DNA from: Gemmatimonadota bacterium
GTDB taxonomy: Bacteria > Gemmatimonadota > Gemmatimonadetes > Longimicrobiales > Gaopeijiaceae
DNA: 64,000 bases
Reading direction: 5' to 3'
Assembly (NCBI GenBank): GCA_039030015.1
Contig: JBCCEZ010000014.1
Location: 15,119 to 79,118, forward strand
The notes under the pieces are model-generated. The model was given only the letters and a program-made list of their open reading frames with translations. It was not told the DNA's origin and made no database searches. Of this stretch, positions 8,805 through 18,316 are shown in pieces (position 1 is the first letter of the stretch; every line of letters begins with the position of its first letter). Both the position numbers and the translations under genes were made by a program.

Positions 8805-11228
8805 ATGAAGACTACCCGATCACGCATCATCCTCATCACGGTGCTGGCGATCGCCAGCCTGGTTTCCCTCCTGCCGCGCACCGTCACGGAGCGCGCCTTG
8901 GACCCCGCGACCGGCCAGGTCACCGAGCACTCTGTCCGTCGGATTCCCATCGATCTCGGGCTGGACCTGAGCGGGGGCGTCCACCTCGCCTTGGAGTTGG
9001 ACCCGTCTCAGCCTGCGGTCGACGACTGCGCGGATGCCATCGAGGGTGCGGCGCGCGTCATCCGCAACCGGATCAGCGAGTTCGGCACAGCGGCTCCGAT
9101 CGTGCAGGTCGCCGCGGGCTGTCGGCTGATCGTCGAACTACCCGGCGAACGCGACCCGGTGCGCGCTCGCGATATCGTGCAACAGACGGCGTTCTTGGAG
9201 TTCCGACTCGTCGACGACCAGGACCGGTTCGATCCGCTCGCTCGCTTCCTGGAGGCCTCGATCGGAGAATCAGGCCTCCTCGTCCGCGGCAGCATGCCGG
9301 GCGAGTACATGGTACCCGATCGTCGCTCGGACGAGATCGAGGAGGCGCTGGCGTCGGCGCCTCGCCGGATCCTGCCCTCCGATACCGAAGTGCGATGGGG
9401 TGCAGAGTCGGACGATCGGTTCGGGGAGGTGTGGCGCCCCTTCTATGTAGTCGACGCCGATCCCGTCATTACGGGTGAGGATCTCGAAGGCGCGACGGCT
9501 GGACACGACCCGATGACGTCTCAGCCCCAAGTCCGGTTCGAGCTGGACAACCGAGGAGGACGAGCCTTCGCTGATGCCACGGGTCGCAACATCGGCGGCT
9601 ACCTCGCGATCGTGCTCGATGGTCGGGTCCAAGGTGCTCCGGCCATGATCCGAGAACGCATCCGGTCGATCGGCAGCATCGAGCTCCCGAACCGAACCAT
9701 GCAGGAGGCGGGGGACCTCGCGCTCGTGCTTCGCGCCGGAGCGCTGCCCGCTCCGCTGCATGTCGTCGAGCAGAGCACCGTGGGGCCATCGCTAGGGGCG
9801 GACTCGATCGCGGCGGGTCTCCGCACCTCGGTGCTGGCGGTCGGCTTCGTGATGCTGGCCATGGTCCTCTACTACCGAATGTCAGGACTCCTCGCGGTGT
9901 GCGCCCTCGGACTCTATCTGCTCTTGTCGTTGGGGGGGCTCGCGGCGCTTGGCTTCACGTTGACGCTGCCCGGCATCGCCGGATTTGCAGTGGCCATCGG
10001 AATGGCGGTCGACGCGAACGTCCTGATCTTCGAACGGATCCGGGAGGAGCAGAACGGCGCCCGAACCGTGCGGGCTGCGGTGGATCGCGGCTTTCGCAAC
10101 GCGCTGAGCGCGATTGTGGATTCGAACGTGACGACCGCGCTGACCGCCTTGATTCTCTATCGGGTCGGGACCGACTCGGTGAAGGGCTTTGCGGTCACAC
10201 TGCTCATCGGGATCTGTGCATCGATGTTCGCCGCGGTCTTCGTGACACGGACCTTCTTCACCGTTTGGCTGAGCAAGAGAGGACGGGTCACGGGGCCGAA
10301 GTTCTGGAAGATCGGATCACTGGCGAGCGCGTCCGTCGACTTCATGGGTGCCCGTCGGTGGGTGCTCTCGGCATCCGGTGCGTTCATCGCCGTGGGTCTG
10401 CTCATGTATGCGTTCCAGGGGATGAGCTACGGGATCGACTTCACCGGGGGGACACTCCTCCACATCCAGACGGACGAGGTGGTTTCGAGCGATGACGTCC
10501 GTGCTGCGCTCACCGCGGGCGCACTGGACGCGTCGGCGGTCCAGAGCTACGGATCCGAGCGCGACTTCCTGATCCGGACGCGGCCCACGGGCGACCTCCC
10601 CGACGTGTCGACGAGCGACGTCCTCGAGCATGCCCGCGCCACTCTCGACGGAGAGTTCGGCGTCGGTGGGTACGAAGTCCGTAGGGGTGAAGCGGTGAAT
10701 CCCCAAGTGGGTGGAGAGCTCCAGCAGCGCGCCGGCGCTGCGATCGGGCTGTCTTTCCTCTCTACGCTCGCGTACCTGGCGGCTCGCTTCGATCGACGGC
10801 TCGGACTCGCCGCGGTGGTGACGACGGCGCACGACATTCTCGCCACGCTGGCCTTCATGAGGTGGCTCGACATCGAGGTGAGTCTGATCACCGTCGCAGG
10901 GGTCCTGACGGTGATCGGCTATTCGCTCAACGACACGATCGTGATCTTCGACCGGGTCCGGGAGAACCGACGCGCATCGCCGGGTTCGCCGTTGCGAGAC
11001 GTACTGAACCGCTCGATCGGTCAGACGTTGCCGCGCACGATGCTCACGACCGGGACGACGCTGGTCGCGGCCCTGCTCCTGGCGACGCTCGGGGGTGCGA
11101 CGATCCGGCCGCTGGCCCTCGTGATGAGTTTCGGGATCGCCGTAGGGACGCTGTCTTCGATCTTCGTCGCGTCGCCCACTTTGCTCTGGCTGAGCCAGCG
11201 GTCGCGGGTACCGGCCGGCGTGGAGTAG
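8805..11228 (+). CDS. secDF: Protein translocase subunit SecDF (fused SecD-SecF)
   Basis: The 807-aa protein has an N-terminal TM, a large periplasmic domain and two six-helix bundles. The bundles carry the SecD/SecF signatures AVDANVLIFERIREE and LNDTIVIFDRVREN. Confidence 0.95.
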   Translation: MKTTRSRIILITVLAIASLVSLLPRTVTERALDPATGQVTEHSVRRIPIDLGLDLSGGVHLALELDPSQPAVDDCADAIEGAARVIRNRISEFGTAAPIVQVAAGCRLIVELPGERDPVRARDIVQQTAFLEFRLVDDQDRFDPLARFLEASIGESGLLVRGSMPGEYMVPDRRSDEIEEALASAPRRILPSDTEVRWGAESDDRFGEVWRPFYVVDADPVITGEDLEGATAGHDPMTSQPQVRFELDNRGGRAFADATGRNIGGYLAIVLDGRVQGAPAMIRERIRSIGSIELPNRTMQEAGDLALVLRAGALPAPLHVVEQSTVGPSLGADSIAAGLRTSVLAVGFVMLAMVLYYRMSGLLAVCALGLYLLLSLGGLAALGFTLTLPGIAGFAVAIGMAVDANVLIFERIREEQNGARTVRAAVDRGFRNALSAIVDSNVTTALTALILYRVGTDSVKGFAVTLLIGICASMFAAVFVTRTFFTVWLSKRGRVTGPKFWKIGSLASASVDFMGARRWVLSASGAFIAVGLLMYAFQGMSYGIDFTGGTLLHIQTDEVVSSDDVRAALTAGALDASAVQSYGSERDFLIRTRPTGDLPDVSTSDVLEHARATLDGEFGVGGYEVRRGEAVNPQVGGELQQRAGAAIGLSFLSTLAYLAARFDRRLGLAAVVTTAHDILATLAFMRWLDIEVSLITVAGVLTVIGYSLNDTIVIFDRVRENRRASPGSPLRDVLNRSIGQTLPRTMLTTGTTLVAALLLATLGGATIRPLALVMSFGIAVGTLSSIFVASPTLLWLSQRSRVPAGVE

Positions 11229-11239
11229 CCGGACACGGA

Positions 11240-11270
11240 CTGCGGCCGCACCTGGTTGGTGCGGTCGCAG
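11240..11270. terminator. Hairpin between the convergent secDF and amidohydrolase genes
   Basis: CTGCGGCCGCACC-TGGTT-GGTGCGGTCGCAG forms a 13-bp stem with one mismatch. There is no U-tract, so it is a possible bidirectional terminator. Confidence 0.45.
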
Positions 11271-11279
11271 GCCGATTCC

Positions 11280-12782
11280 CTAAAAGACCGTCCGCCTCCC
11301 CACTACGGCCTGACCCGGCCGCGCACCCTCCACATTCTCCCCATCCCGCACCACGAGCACCCCGTTCACGAGCACGTGCTCGACGCCGATCGAGAAGGAC
11401 AGGTCGTCCTCGAAGGTGGCGGTGTCGAGGATCCGGTTCGGATCGAAGATCGTGAGATCCGCGTCCGCGCCGATCTGCACCCGCCCCTTACGGGCAGCTT
11501 GTGCGGAGATCGCCTCGAGCCGCTGTGCTGGCATGAGCGTGATCTTCCTCAGTCCGTTCATCAGGGAGACGGTGCCCATGTCGCGGACGTAGCGGCCGAG
11601 GAAACGGGAGAAGGTGCCGGCGCTCCGCGGGTGGGCGCCTGCGGCGTACGGCATGCCATCGGAGGCGACCATGACGTGGTCGGCCTCGAGTGCGGCCTGG
11701 ATCCACTCCTCGCGCATCATGTGAATGATCACGACGCCGCCCTGCTCGCGGTACGAGTGGAAGGTCTCCTCGGTGAGGCGCTCGCCGGTGTCCTGCCACT
11801 GGATGTCGGAGTAGTCGATGCCCAGCCGCTCACGGAAGCCGTCGTCGAAGATCGCGGACTGGAGGGACGTCGACGCGGCCGTGTATGGATAGACCTCGGT
11901 CGTCACATCGACGCCGGCCTCTTGGGCGCCCTTCACGAGCGCGAGGTTCGTCCCGATGTCGCCGAGCGACGAGCTGTTCAAGTGCACGATGTGCAGCGGG
12001 GCGTCGGTCGCCATCGCGTTGGCGAGCACCTCCTGGACGGCTTGGATCCCCATCGATCGGACGTGGGTGTAGATGGGGAAGTCTTCAGCACCCGCCAGTT
12101 CGAAGACGCGGAAGATCTCGTCGTGGCTCGCGCCCGGGTAATACTGATGCGCCATCCCGATCCCGAGTGCGCCCTCGGCCATGCCTTGGCGAATGCGATC
12201 GTGCAGCTCCGGGTACAGGTCTTTCGGGAGGTTCTCATAGTTGCCGGCCATCAGCTCCCACTCGAGCTCCCGTAGCCGAGCCTGATCCTCTTCGTCTTCC
12301 GAGGTGGCGATCTCTTGGGCCTCGGCGGCCAGGGTCGCGAACTGCGGCATGACGGAGACCCGCGACGTCCCGAGGTTCACGGTGGCGCCGTAGTTGATGA
12401 TGGCGTCGCCAGAACGCCCGCCCAGATAGCCGGCCAGGGATGGCACGCCGCTCTCGAGCTCGAGCGCGGTCGTGACTCCGTCCCGAGCCTGGAATTCGTT
12501 CGCACGGTTCGTCTGGCCGTGCGCGTGTAGGTCGATGAAGCCGGGGGCGACGACGAGCCCTTCGGCGTCGATGATCCGCTCGCCCTCGAGCTCATCATCA
12601 CTTATGGCGACGATGGTCTGCCCATTGATACCGACGTTGCGGACCGCATCGAGACCGGTCTCCGGGTCCATGACCCGGCCGTTGCGGATGACGACGTCGT
12701 AGCGCTCCTGAGCACTCACTGGGACGGCGAGCAGGAGGGCGAGGGCGGCGACAGCGAAGGTGGCGGCGTACGAGGACTTCAT
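11280..12782 (-). CDS. Secreted amidohydrolase-family enzyme (D-aminoacylase / N-acyl-D-amino-acid deacylase-like)
   Basis: The signal peptide ends in VSAQE. YDVVIRNGRVMDP...GFIDLHAHG is the HxH metal site and has the typical N-terminal composite-domain layout. Confidence 0.85.
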   Translation of the reverse strand: MKSSYAATFAVAALALLLAVPVSAQERYDVVIRNGRVMDPETGLDAVRNVGINGQTIVAISDDELEGERIIDAEGLVVAPGFIDLHAHGQTNRANEFQARDGVTTALELESGVPSLAGYLGGRSGDAIINYGATVNLGTSRVSVMPQFATLAAEAQEIATSEDEEDQARLRELEWELMAGNYENLPKDLYPELHDRIRQGMAEGALGIGMAHQYYPGASHDEIFRVFELAGAEDFPIYTHVRSMGIQAVQEVLANAMATDAPLHIVHLNSSSLGDIGTNLALVKGAQEAGVDVTTEVYPYTAASTSLQSAIFDDGFRERLGIDYSDIQWQDTGERLTEETFHSYREQGGVVIIHMMREEWIQAALEADHVMVASDGMPYAAGAHPRSAGTFSRFLGRYVRDMGTVSLMNGLRKITLMPAQRLEAISAQAARKGRVQIGADADLTIFDPNRILDTATFEDDLSFSIGVEHVLVNGVLVVRDGENVEGARPGQAVVGRRTVF

Positions 12783-12949
12783 CGCGGGTCACTCCTGTGT
12801 GGTTCCTTCCGACAACAGGCCGCTCGGGGCATACGGTTGCAAGTGGTGACGGCCACTTCGCGCTAGCGACGTCCAGCCACGGCTCGCATTCTATCCGCCC
12901 GCTCGACGAGCGGATCTCGCCTCGCACTCCACCCCGCAGGACCGACCTT

Positions 12950-14317
12950 ATGAAGAAGTCCGGATCCTCCCTCTCTCGCCGTCGTTTCTTCGGCAGCCTC
13001 GCGTCGGGTGCCCTCGCCGCGGGGGCGATGCCGGTCGCGCTCTCGGCGCATACGCAGCGTGAACGTCACACTATGACGGCTCGTCGGCATCAGTCAGCCA
13101 ACGATCAGATCCAGCTCGCCGTCATCGGGGCGGGCGGCATGGGCATGGCGGACGTCAACACGGCCCTGCGTGTCCCGGGCGTGAAGCTCGTGGCGGCGGC
13201 CGACTGCTACGAGGGGCGACTCCAGGCGGCGCGGGAGCGCTACGGATCGGACCTCGTCACGACGCGGGACTACCGGGAGCTGCTCGCCCGAGACGACATC
13301 GACGCGGTCATCGTCGGCACGCCGGACCACTGGCACAAACAGATCTCGGTCGACGCGCTTCGGGCGGGGAAGGCGGTCTACTGCGAAAAACCGATGGTCC
13401 ACAGCATCGGGGAAGGAGCGGAGCTCGTCGCGGCCCAGGAGGAGACGGGCCTGACCTTCCAGGTCGGAAGTCAGGGCATGAGCTCGCTCGGCAACGAGCA
13501 GGCGAAGCGGCTGTTAGAAGAGGGAGCGATCGGGGAGCTCAACTACGCCGAGGGATTCTGGGCACGAAACGACCCGATCGGTGCGTGGCAGTACGAGATC
13601 CCGGCGGACGAATCCGAGGAGACGGTCGATTGGGACATGTTCCTCGGCTCTGCGCCGAGGAGAGCGTACGACCCACTCCGCATCTTCCGGTGGCGGAACT
13701 ACCGAGATTACGGCACCGGGGTCTCCGGCGACCTCTTCGTGCACCTCTTCTCGAGCCTGCACTTCGTCGCCTCGTCGCACGGTCCGCAGACGATCATGGC
13801 GCAGGGTGGGCTTCGCTACTGGAAGGACGGTCGCGAGGTGCCCGACGTACTTCTCGGCATGTTCGACTACCCCGCCGCCGAGACGCACCCGGCGTTCAAC
13901 CTCTCGCTCCGCGTGAACTTCGTCGACGGCACCTCGGGGAGCACCTTCCTCCGCCTCGTCGGCTCCGAGGGTGCGATGGATGTGACGTGGACCGAGGTCG
14001 TGCTCCGGAAGAACAAGGTCGTGAGCCCAACCGACGCCTTCCTCGAGATGAAGACGGACGAGATGGGTGAGGTCATGGCGTCACGGGCATCGATGCTGCC
14101 TCCGGCCGAGAGTGTTTATGTGGCCGAGGACGACTACTGGGGCGCGCACTACGACCACTTCGCGAACTTCTTCCAAGGAGTGCGAGAGGGCACACCGGTG
14201 GCCGAAGACGCGGTCTTCGGGCTGCGAGCCGCCGCGCCCGCGCTCGCGTGCAACGACTCGTACTTCGACAAGAAGGTGGTGTCGTGGGATCCGGAAGCGA
14301 TGGAGGTGGTGTCGTGA
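12950..14317 (+). CDS. TAT-exported Gfo/Idh/MocA-family oxidoreductase
   Basis: The twin-arginine signal is SRRRFFGSLASGALAAGAM and the Rossmann motif is LAVIGAGGMGMAD. EKP (YCEKPM) is also present. The ORF-track start at 12797 was replaced by the ATG at 12950. Confidence 0.9.
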   Translation: MKKSGSSLSRRRFFGSLASGALAAGAMPVALSAHTQRERHTMTARRHQSANDQIQLAVIGAGGMGMADVNTALRVPGVKLVAAADCYEGRLQAARERYGSDLVTTRDYRELLARDDIDAVIVGTPDHWHKQISVDALRAGKAVYCEKPMVHSIGEGAELVAAQEETGLTFQVGSQGMSSLGNEQAKRLLEEGAIGELNYAEGFWARNDPIGAWQYEIPADESEETVDWDMFLGSAPRRAYDPLRIFRWRNYRDYGTGVSGDLFVHLFSSLHFVASSHGPQTIMAQGGLRYWKDGREVPDVLLGMFDYPAAETHPAFNLSLRVNFVDGTSGSTFLRLVGSEGAMDVTWTEVVLRKNKVVSPTDAFLEMKTDEMGEVMASRASMLPPAESVYVAEDDYWGAHYDHFANFFQGVREGTPVAEDAVFGLRAAAPALACNDSYFDKKVVSWDPEAMEVVS

Positions 14318-15072
14318 GGCGCCTCGGGATCGCCTTTGGGCTCGCGCTGATTGGGGCCGCCGCTTGCGCGACCGAGTCGGAGGAGCCTCAACCCGAAGCA
14401 CCGGCCGACGTAGTGGCACACAACAGCCTCACCGCGGAAGAGCAGGCCGCGGGGTGGAAACTCCTCTTCGACGGCGTCTCGACCTCCGGGTGGAAGGGGT
14501 ACGGTCGAGACGACTTCCCCTCGGGCGGGTGGATGGTCGAGAACGGAGAGTTGGTCGGCCTCTCCACGACGGGCGACATGGATGGCGGGGACATCGTCAC
14601 CGTCGACGCCTACGCCGACTTCGAGCTCGTCTTCGACTTCAAGCTCGGCCCGGCGACGAACAGCGGGGTCTTCTATCGCGTCGCCGAACAGGAGGGCGCG
14701 GCGTTGTGGGAGGTCGCGCCGGAGTTCCAGGTGCTCGACGACACGGCGTACTTCGCTCCGGGCACAGACGACGGACGTACCCATCGCACGGGAGACAACT
14801 ACGACCTCCACGAGGCGACCACACGGCCAACGCGCGACCTCGGCGAGTGGAACACCGCTCGGATCGTCGTCGAGGGGACTCGGGTCGAGCACTGGCTCAA
14901 CGGGGAGCAGACGGTCGCGTACGACTACTACTCGGACGAGTGGGAGTCGTTGGTCGAGGCGAGCAAATTCGACTCGGCCCTCTACGGGCGAGCTCCGAGT
15001 GGGTCGATTGGACTCCAGGACCACGGGACGCCCGTGTGGTATCGCAACATCAAGATTCGGCCGATCCAGTGA
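14314..15072 (+). CDS. DUF1080 / 3-keto-disaccharide hydrolase-family lipoprotein
   Basis: GTG at 14314 overlaps the upstream TGA (GTGA). The lipobox is LIGAAAC. Family hallmarks are GWKLLFDG..., FELVFDFKL..NSGVFYR and IGLQDHGTPVWYRNIKIRP. Confidence 0.85.
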   Translation: MRRLGIAFGLALIGAAACATESEEPQPEAPADVVAHNSLTAEEQAAGWKLLFDGVSTSGWKGYGRDDFPSGGWMVENGELVGLSTTGDMDGGDIVTVDAYADFELVFDFKLGPATNSGVFYRVAEQEGAALWEVAPEFQVLDDTAYFAPGTDDGRTHRTGDNYDLHEATTRPTRDLGEWNTARIVVEGTRVEHWLNGEQTVAYDYYSDEWESLVEASKFDSALYGRAPSGSIGLQDHGTPVWYRNIKIRPIQ

Positions 15073-15716
15073 GGCTCGGTCACGCGGACCGACGGAGGAG
15101 ATCGAGCCGCTTCGTCCTCGCGGCGAGCCTCCTGCTCCTCTTCGGAGCGGCCCCCGGAGGCGCACAGGAGGCGGTCTCGATCTTCAACGGGGTCGACCTG
15201 GACGGCTGGACGGTCCACGGCACGGAGCTCTGGTACGTCGAGGGCGGTGAGCTCGTGTGCGAGAGCGGGCCGGACGCCGCGTACGGCTACCTCCGCACGA
15301 ACGCTCAGTACCGAGATTTCGAGCTCACGCTCGACTTCCTCCAGGAGGCCGACGGAAACAGCGGGGTCTTTTTCCGCTCCTCGTTGGATGGGGTCATCAT
15401 CAGCGGCTGGCAGGCTGAGGTCGCCCCACCGGGCCTCTTCACCGGAGGCATCTACGAGTCGTATGGCCGGGGCTGGCTCGTGCAGCCACCGGCCGACCGA
15501 GACAGCGCGCTTCGGATGGGCGAGTGGAATACGATGCGCATCCGGGTCGTCGGGCCCCGAGTGACGACGTGGCTGAATGGAACCGAGATGATCGATCTGA
15601 CCGACGAGCAGATCGGAGAGGCGACGGGCCACATCGCGCTGCAGATCCATGACGGTGGTGGCATCAAGGTGCGCTGGCGGAACCTTCGCGTCGTGGAGTA
15701 CGCCGAAGGGAGCTGA
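15069..15716 (+). CDS. DUF1080 / 3-keto-disaccharide hydrolase-family protein (second copy)
   Basis: GTG at 15069 overlaps the upstream TGA (GTGA). A signal peptide is present. Family hallmarks are IFNGVDLDGW, FELTLDFLQEADGNSGVFFR and IALQIHDGGGIKVRWRNLRV. Confidence 0.85.
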   Translation: MRLGHADRRRRSSRFVLAASLLLLFGAAPGGAQEAVSIFNGVDLDGWTVHGTELWYVEGGELVCESGPDAAYGYLRTNAQYRDFELTLDFLQEADGNSGVFFRSSLDGVIISGWQAEVAPPGLFTGGIYESYGRGWLVQPPADRDSALRMGEWNTMRIRVVGPRVTTWLNGTEMIDLTDEQIGEATGHIALQIHDGGGIKVRWRNLRVVEYAEGS

Positions 15717-15785
15717 CGGGAAGAAACGCCGGACCCCCACCGTCCAACGTCCGGGTTCGAGTAGGCTTCTTCGCGGACGGGCGGG

Positions 15786-18203
15786 ATGGGCAAGGCGCGC
15801 AGGTTCCTGATTCAGACGGCGCTCCTCGGTACGATCGGGGTCGCGGCAGCGGGCGTCGTCTCCCCAGCGGTCCGTGTCGTCCTCTTCGGCTCGCTCCCGT
15901 TCCCAGAGCCCGATCGCCTCGTCCTCCTCTGGGAGACCCTCGACCGCGATCCGGGTCGACAGGTCATCACCTCGATTCCGACGATCGAGTCGTGGGGCGA
16001 GGGGTTGCAGTCGGTCGAAGCAATCGCAGCGGCCCGCCACTTCCAGTCCTTCTTCTACGACCGGGGGGATGGGGCACAGCGGGTCCAGGGCGCCTTCGTC
16101 TCCCGCGGCTACCTCGAGCTGACGGGTGCGACACCGTCGGCGGGTCGACTCTTCACCGCGGACGAGAGTGTGCTCGGCGCTCCGCGGCGGAGTGTGGTCG
16201 TGAGCCATCGCTTCTGGATGGAGGAGCTCGGCGGAGGTGAGGACGTCGTGGGCCGCGTGCTCCGGATCGACGACCAGCCGTGGGAAGTCGTCGGGGTGAT
16301 GGACCCCGAGTATGAGGACTGGGCGGACGCCTTCGTGGACAACGCGCTCTGGTTCCCGCTTCCGAGCGCCGAACTGAAGTTGGGCCGTTCACTCGAAGAT
16401 CGCGGCTTCCGTCGATTTCGAGCCTTCGGTCGCCTGGCCCCCGGTGTGTCGGTGGAAGAGGCGAACGTGGAGCTGGCTGGCCTCCACACGCGCATGGCCG
16501 ACTCCGACCCCGAGTCGTTCGCTCGCTTCGGCGCGCGCGTCGAATCCGCGACGGGTCGTCTGCTCGGCTCCGCCTCTGCCGTGCTGCGCGCGGTCACGAT
16601 GGTCGCGGCGCTCCTCCTCGGTCTCACCATCCTCAACGTCTCGGTCCTCACGGTCCTGCAGGGGTCGGTCCGCGGTCCGGACACGGCGATCCGTCGAGCG
16701 CTCGGAGCGTCTCGCTGGGGCGCGCTCACCCCTCTGCTCAAAGCGTTGGCGCTCTCGTCCGCCATCTCGCTCGTGGCCGGACTCGCCCTCGCCGAGGGAC
16801 TCCGTTCCCTGGTCTTCCGGAACGCGGGCGATGTGCTCCCGCTCTACACGCGCCTCGACTTCACCGTGTTCGACTTGGGCGTGTGTGCCGAGGTCGCCGT
16901 ACTGATGTGGTGCGCGGCGACGCTGGTCCTGCTCCTCGTTCACGGCCGCGAGACCGCGGGCTTCTTCGGAGCGACGCGGGAGCAGGCCGCGACGGGCCTC
17001 GGGTATCTCTCGACATCGCGCTCGGTCTTCGTCTTTCTCACGATCGCGGCATCGATGTCGATCGTCGTGCCCGGGCTGGTCGTTCAGAGAGGCTTCCGAG
17101 ACATCATCGGCGTCGACCCGGGATTCCACACCGAGGGCTACTGGTCGAGTCGCGTCGATCTGCCCCCCGAGGTGGAGGACGCGGGCGAGGCGGGTCGGGT
17201 TCTCGAGGATCTCCTCGTGGCGGTCGAGGAACAGCCAGGGCTACGCGATGCCGTGTTGTGGGGCCCGTCCCTCCCGGGCTACACCGGGGGAGGACGGAAC
17301 TTCGTCGATGCGGCTGCACCCGCGAGCTCGGTCACAGAGGCGACGACGGCGCGCTACCACCAGGCGTCCCGCGAGGGGCTGGAACGGCTCGGCGTCCGAC
17401 TGCGATCCGGTCGGTACCTCGGCGGCGATCTCGACCCCGCGTCGTCCGGAGAGGTGGTGGTGAGTCAGGCGTTCGCGGAGACACTCTGGCCCGGAGAGGA
17501 CGCGATCGGGCGGTCGCTCCAACACTTCGAGATCGATGCCGATGCTCCCGGTCCGTGGACCGTCGTCGGCATCGCGGAAAACGCGCTGATGGGAGGGCGG
17601 ATGAACGACGGCGGCGTGTCGGGTCGCCACGATGCGTACTTCAGTGATCGCCAGCATCAGGCCCGTCTCCAGCAACGCCATCTATTGGTACGGTCCGACC
17701 AGGGCGGGGCGGGGATCCGGACCGCGATCGAGGCGGCCACTCGGAGTGTGAATCCGAGAATCACGGCGGAACAGCCGGAGCTGCTCGAACCTCAGCTCGC
17801 GATCGAGGCGGCGAGTTTGCGTATGGCGTTCGTCATTCTCTCGCTCCTCTCTGCGTGGGCCGTCGTTCAAGCCGCAGCCGGCATCCTCGTTGTCGTCGCC
17901 TTCATCGCACACTCGGCGACGAGAGCGCTCGCGGTGCAGAAAGCCTTGGGCGCCGACGCTCCGCGAGTCGTGGCGCCGCTCGCATTAAGCGTCGCGGGCA
18001 TGGCCACCGCGGCGACGATCGGCGGGGTATTGGCCAGCGCAGCCCTTGGTCGGGTGTGGACTCCACCGGGAATCGAGTGGTCGCTCGGGGCACCATCTCT
18101 GTGGTTCGCGTCTTTCTCGATCACCGCAGTCGCGATCACGATCGCGCTCCTTCCACCTCTACTCCGCATCGTCCGACTTTCGCCGCTGATGCTGATGCGC
18201 TGA
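15786..18203 (+). CDS. ADOP-type duplicated ABC permease (two MacB-like periplasmic plus FtsX modules), orphan
   Basis: The 805-aa protein starts with a TM and PFPEPDRLVLLWE. It has two four-helix FtsX-like blocks separated by a second periplasmic domain. No ATPase gene is adjacent. Confidence 0.9.
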   Translation: MGKARRFLIQTALLGTIGVAAAGVVSPAVRVVLFGSLPFPEPDRLVLLWETLDRDPGRQVITSIPTIESWGEGLQSVEAIAAARHFQSFFYDRGDGAQRVQGAFVSRGYLELTGATPSAGRLFTADESVLGAPRRSVVVSHRFWMEELGGGEDVVGRVLRIDDQPWEVVGVMDPEYEDWADAFVDNALWFPLPSAELKLGRSLEDRGFRRFRAFGRLAPGVSVEEANVELAGLHTRMADSDPESFARFGARVESATGRLLGSASAVLRAVTMVAALLLGLTILNVSVLTVLQGSVRGPDTAIRRALGASRWGALTPLLKALALSSAISLVAGLALAEGLRSLVFRNAGDVLPLYTRLDFTVFDLGVCAEVAVLMWCAATLVLLLVHGRETAGFFGATREQAATGLGYLSTSRSVFVFLTIAASMSIVVPGLVVQRGFRDIIGVDPGFHTEGYWSSRVDLPPEVEDAGEAGRVLEDLLVAVEEQPGLRDAVLWGPSLPGYTGGGRNFVDAAAPASSVTEATTARYHQASREGLERLGVRLRSGRYLGGDLDPASSGEVVVSQAFAETLWPGEDAIGRSLQHFEIDADAPGPWTVVGIAENALMGGRMNDGGVSGRHDAYFSDRQHQARLQQRHLLVRSDQGGAGIRTAIEAATRSVNPRITAEQPELLEPQLAIEAASLRMAFVILSLLSAWAVVQAAAGILVVVAFIAHSATRALAVQKALGADAPRVVAPLALSVAGMATAATIGGVLASAALGRVWTPPGIEWSLGAPSLWFASFSITAVAITIALLPPLLRIVRLSPLMLMR

Positions 18204-18211
18204 GCGGGGGA

Positions 18212-18233
18212 GAGGTCGCGTCGATGCGACCTC
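18212..18233 (+). terminator. Perfect 8-bp hairpin directly after the permease stop
   Basis: GAGGTCGC-GTCGAT-GCGACCTC lies 9 nt after the TGA. There is no U-tract. Confidence 0.35.
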
Positions 18234-18316
18234 ATGCGACCCATCCCTAGCGCTGCGGGGTACACTCCCCAAGTTGGATCCAGGAAGTCCCCCGCTTCCC
18301 CCCACACATCCCCGCA

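Noticed and set aside
14067-15068. The first 334 codons of the 549-aa ORF 14067-15716. Likewise the first 399 codons of 59983-62115.
   Set aside because: The upstream parts are Arg/Gly/Pro-rich and overlap real genes in other frames. Only the 3' parts, from the GTGA or ATGA junctions, carry family motifs (DUF1080 and GT2).
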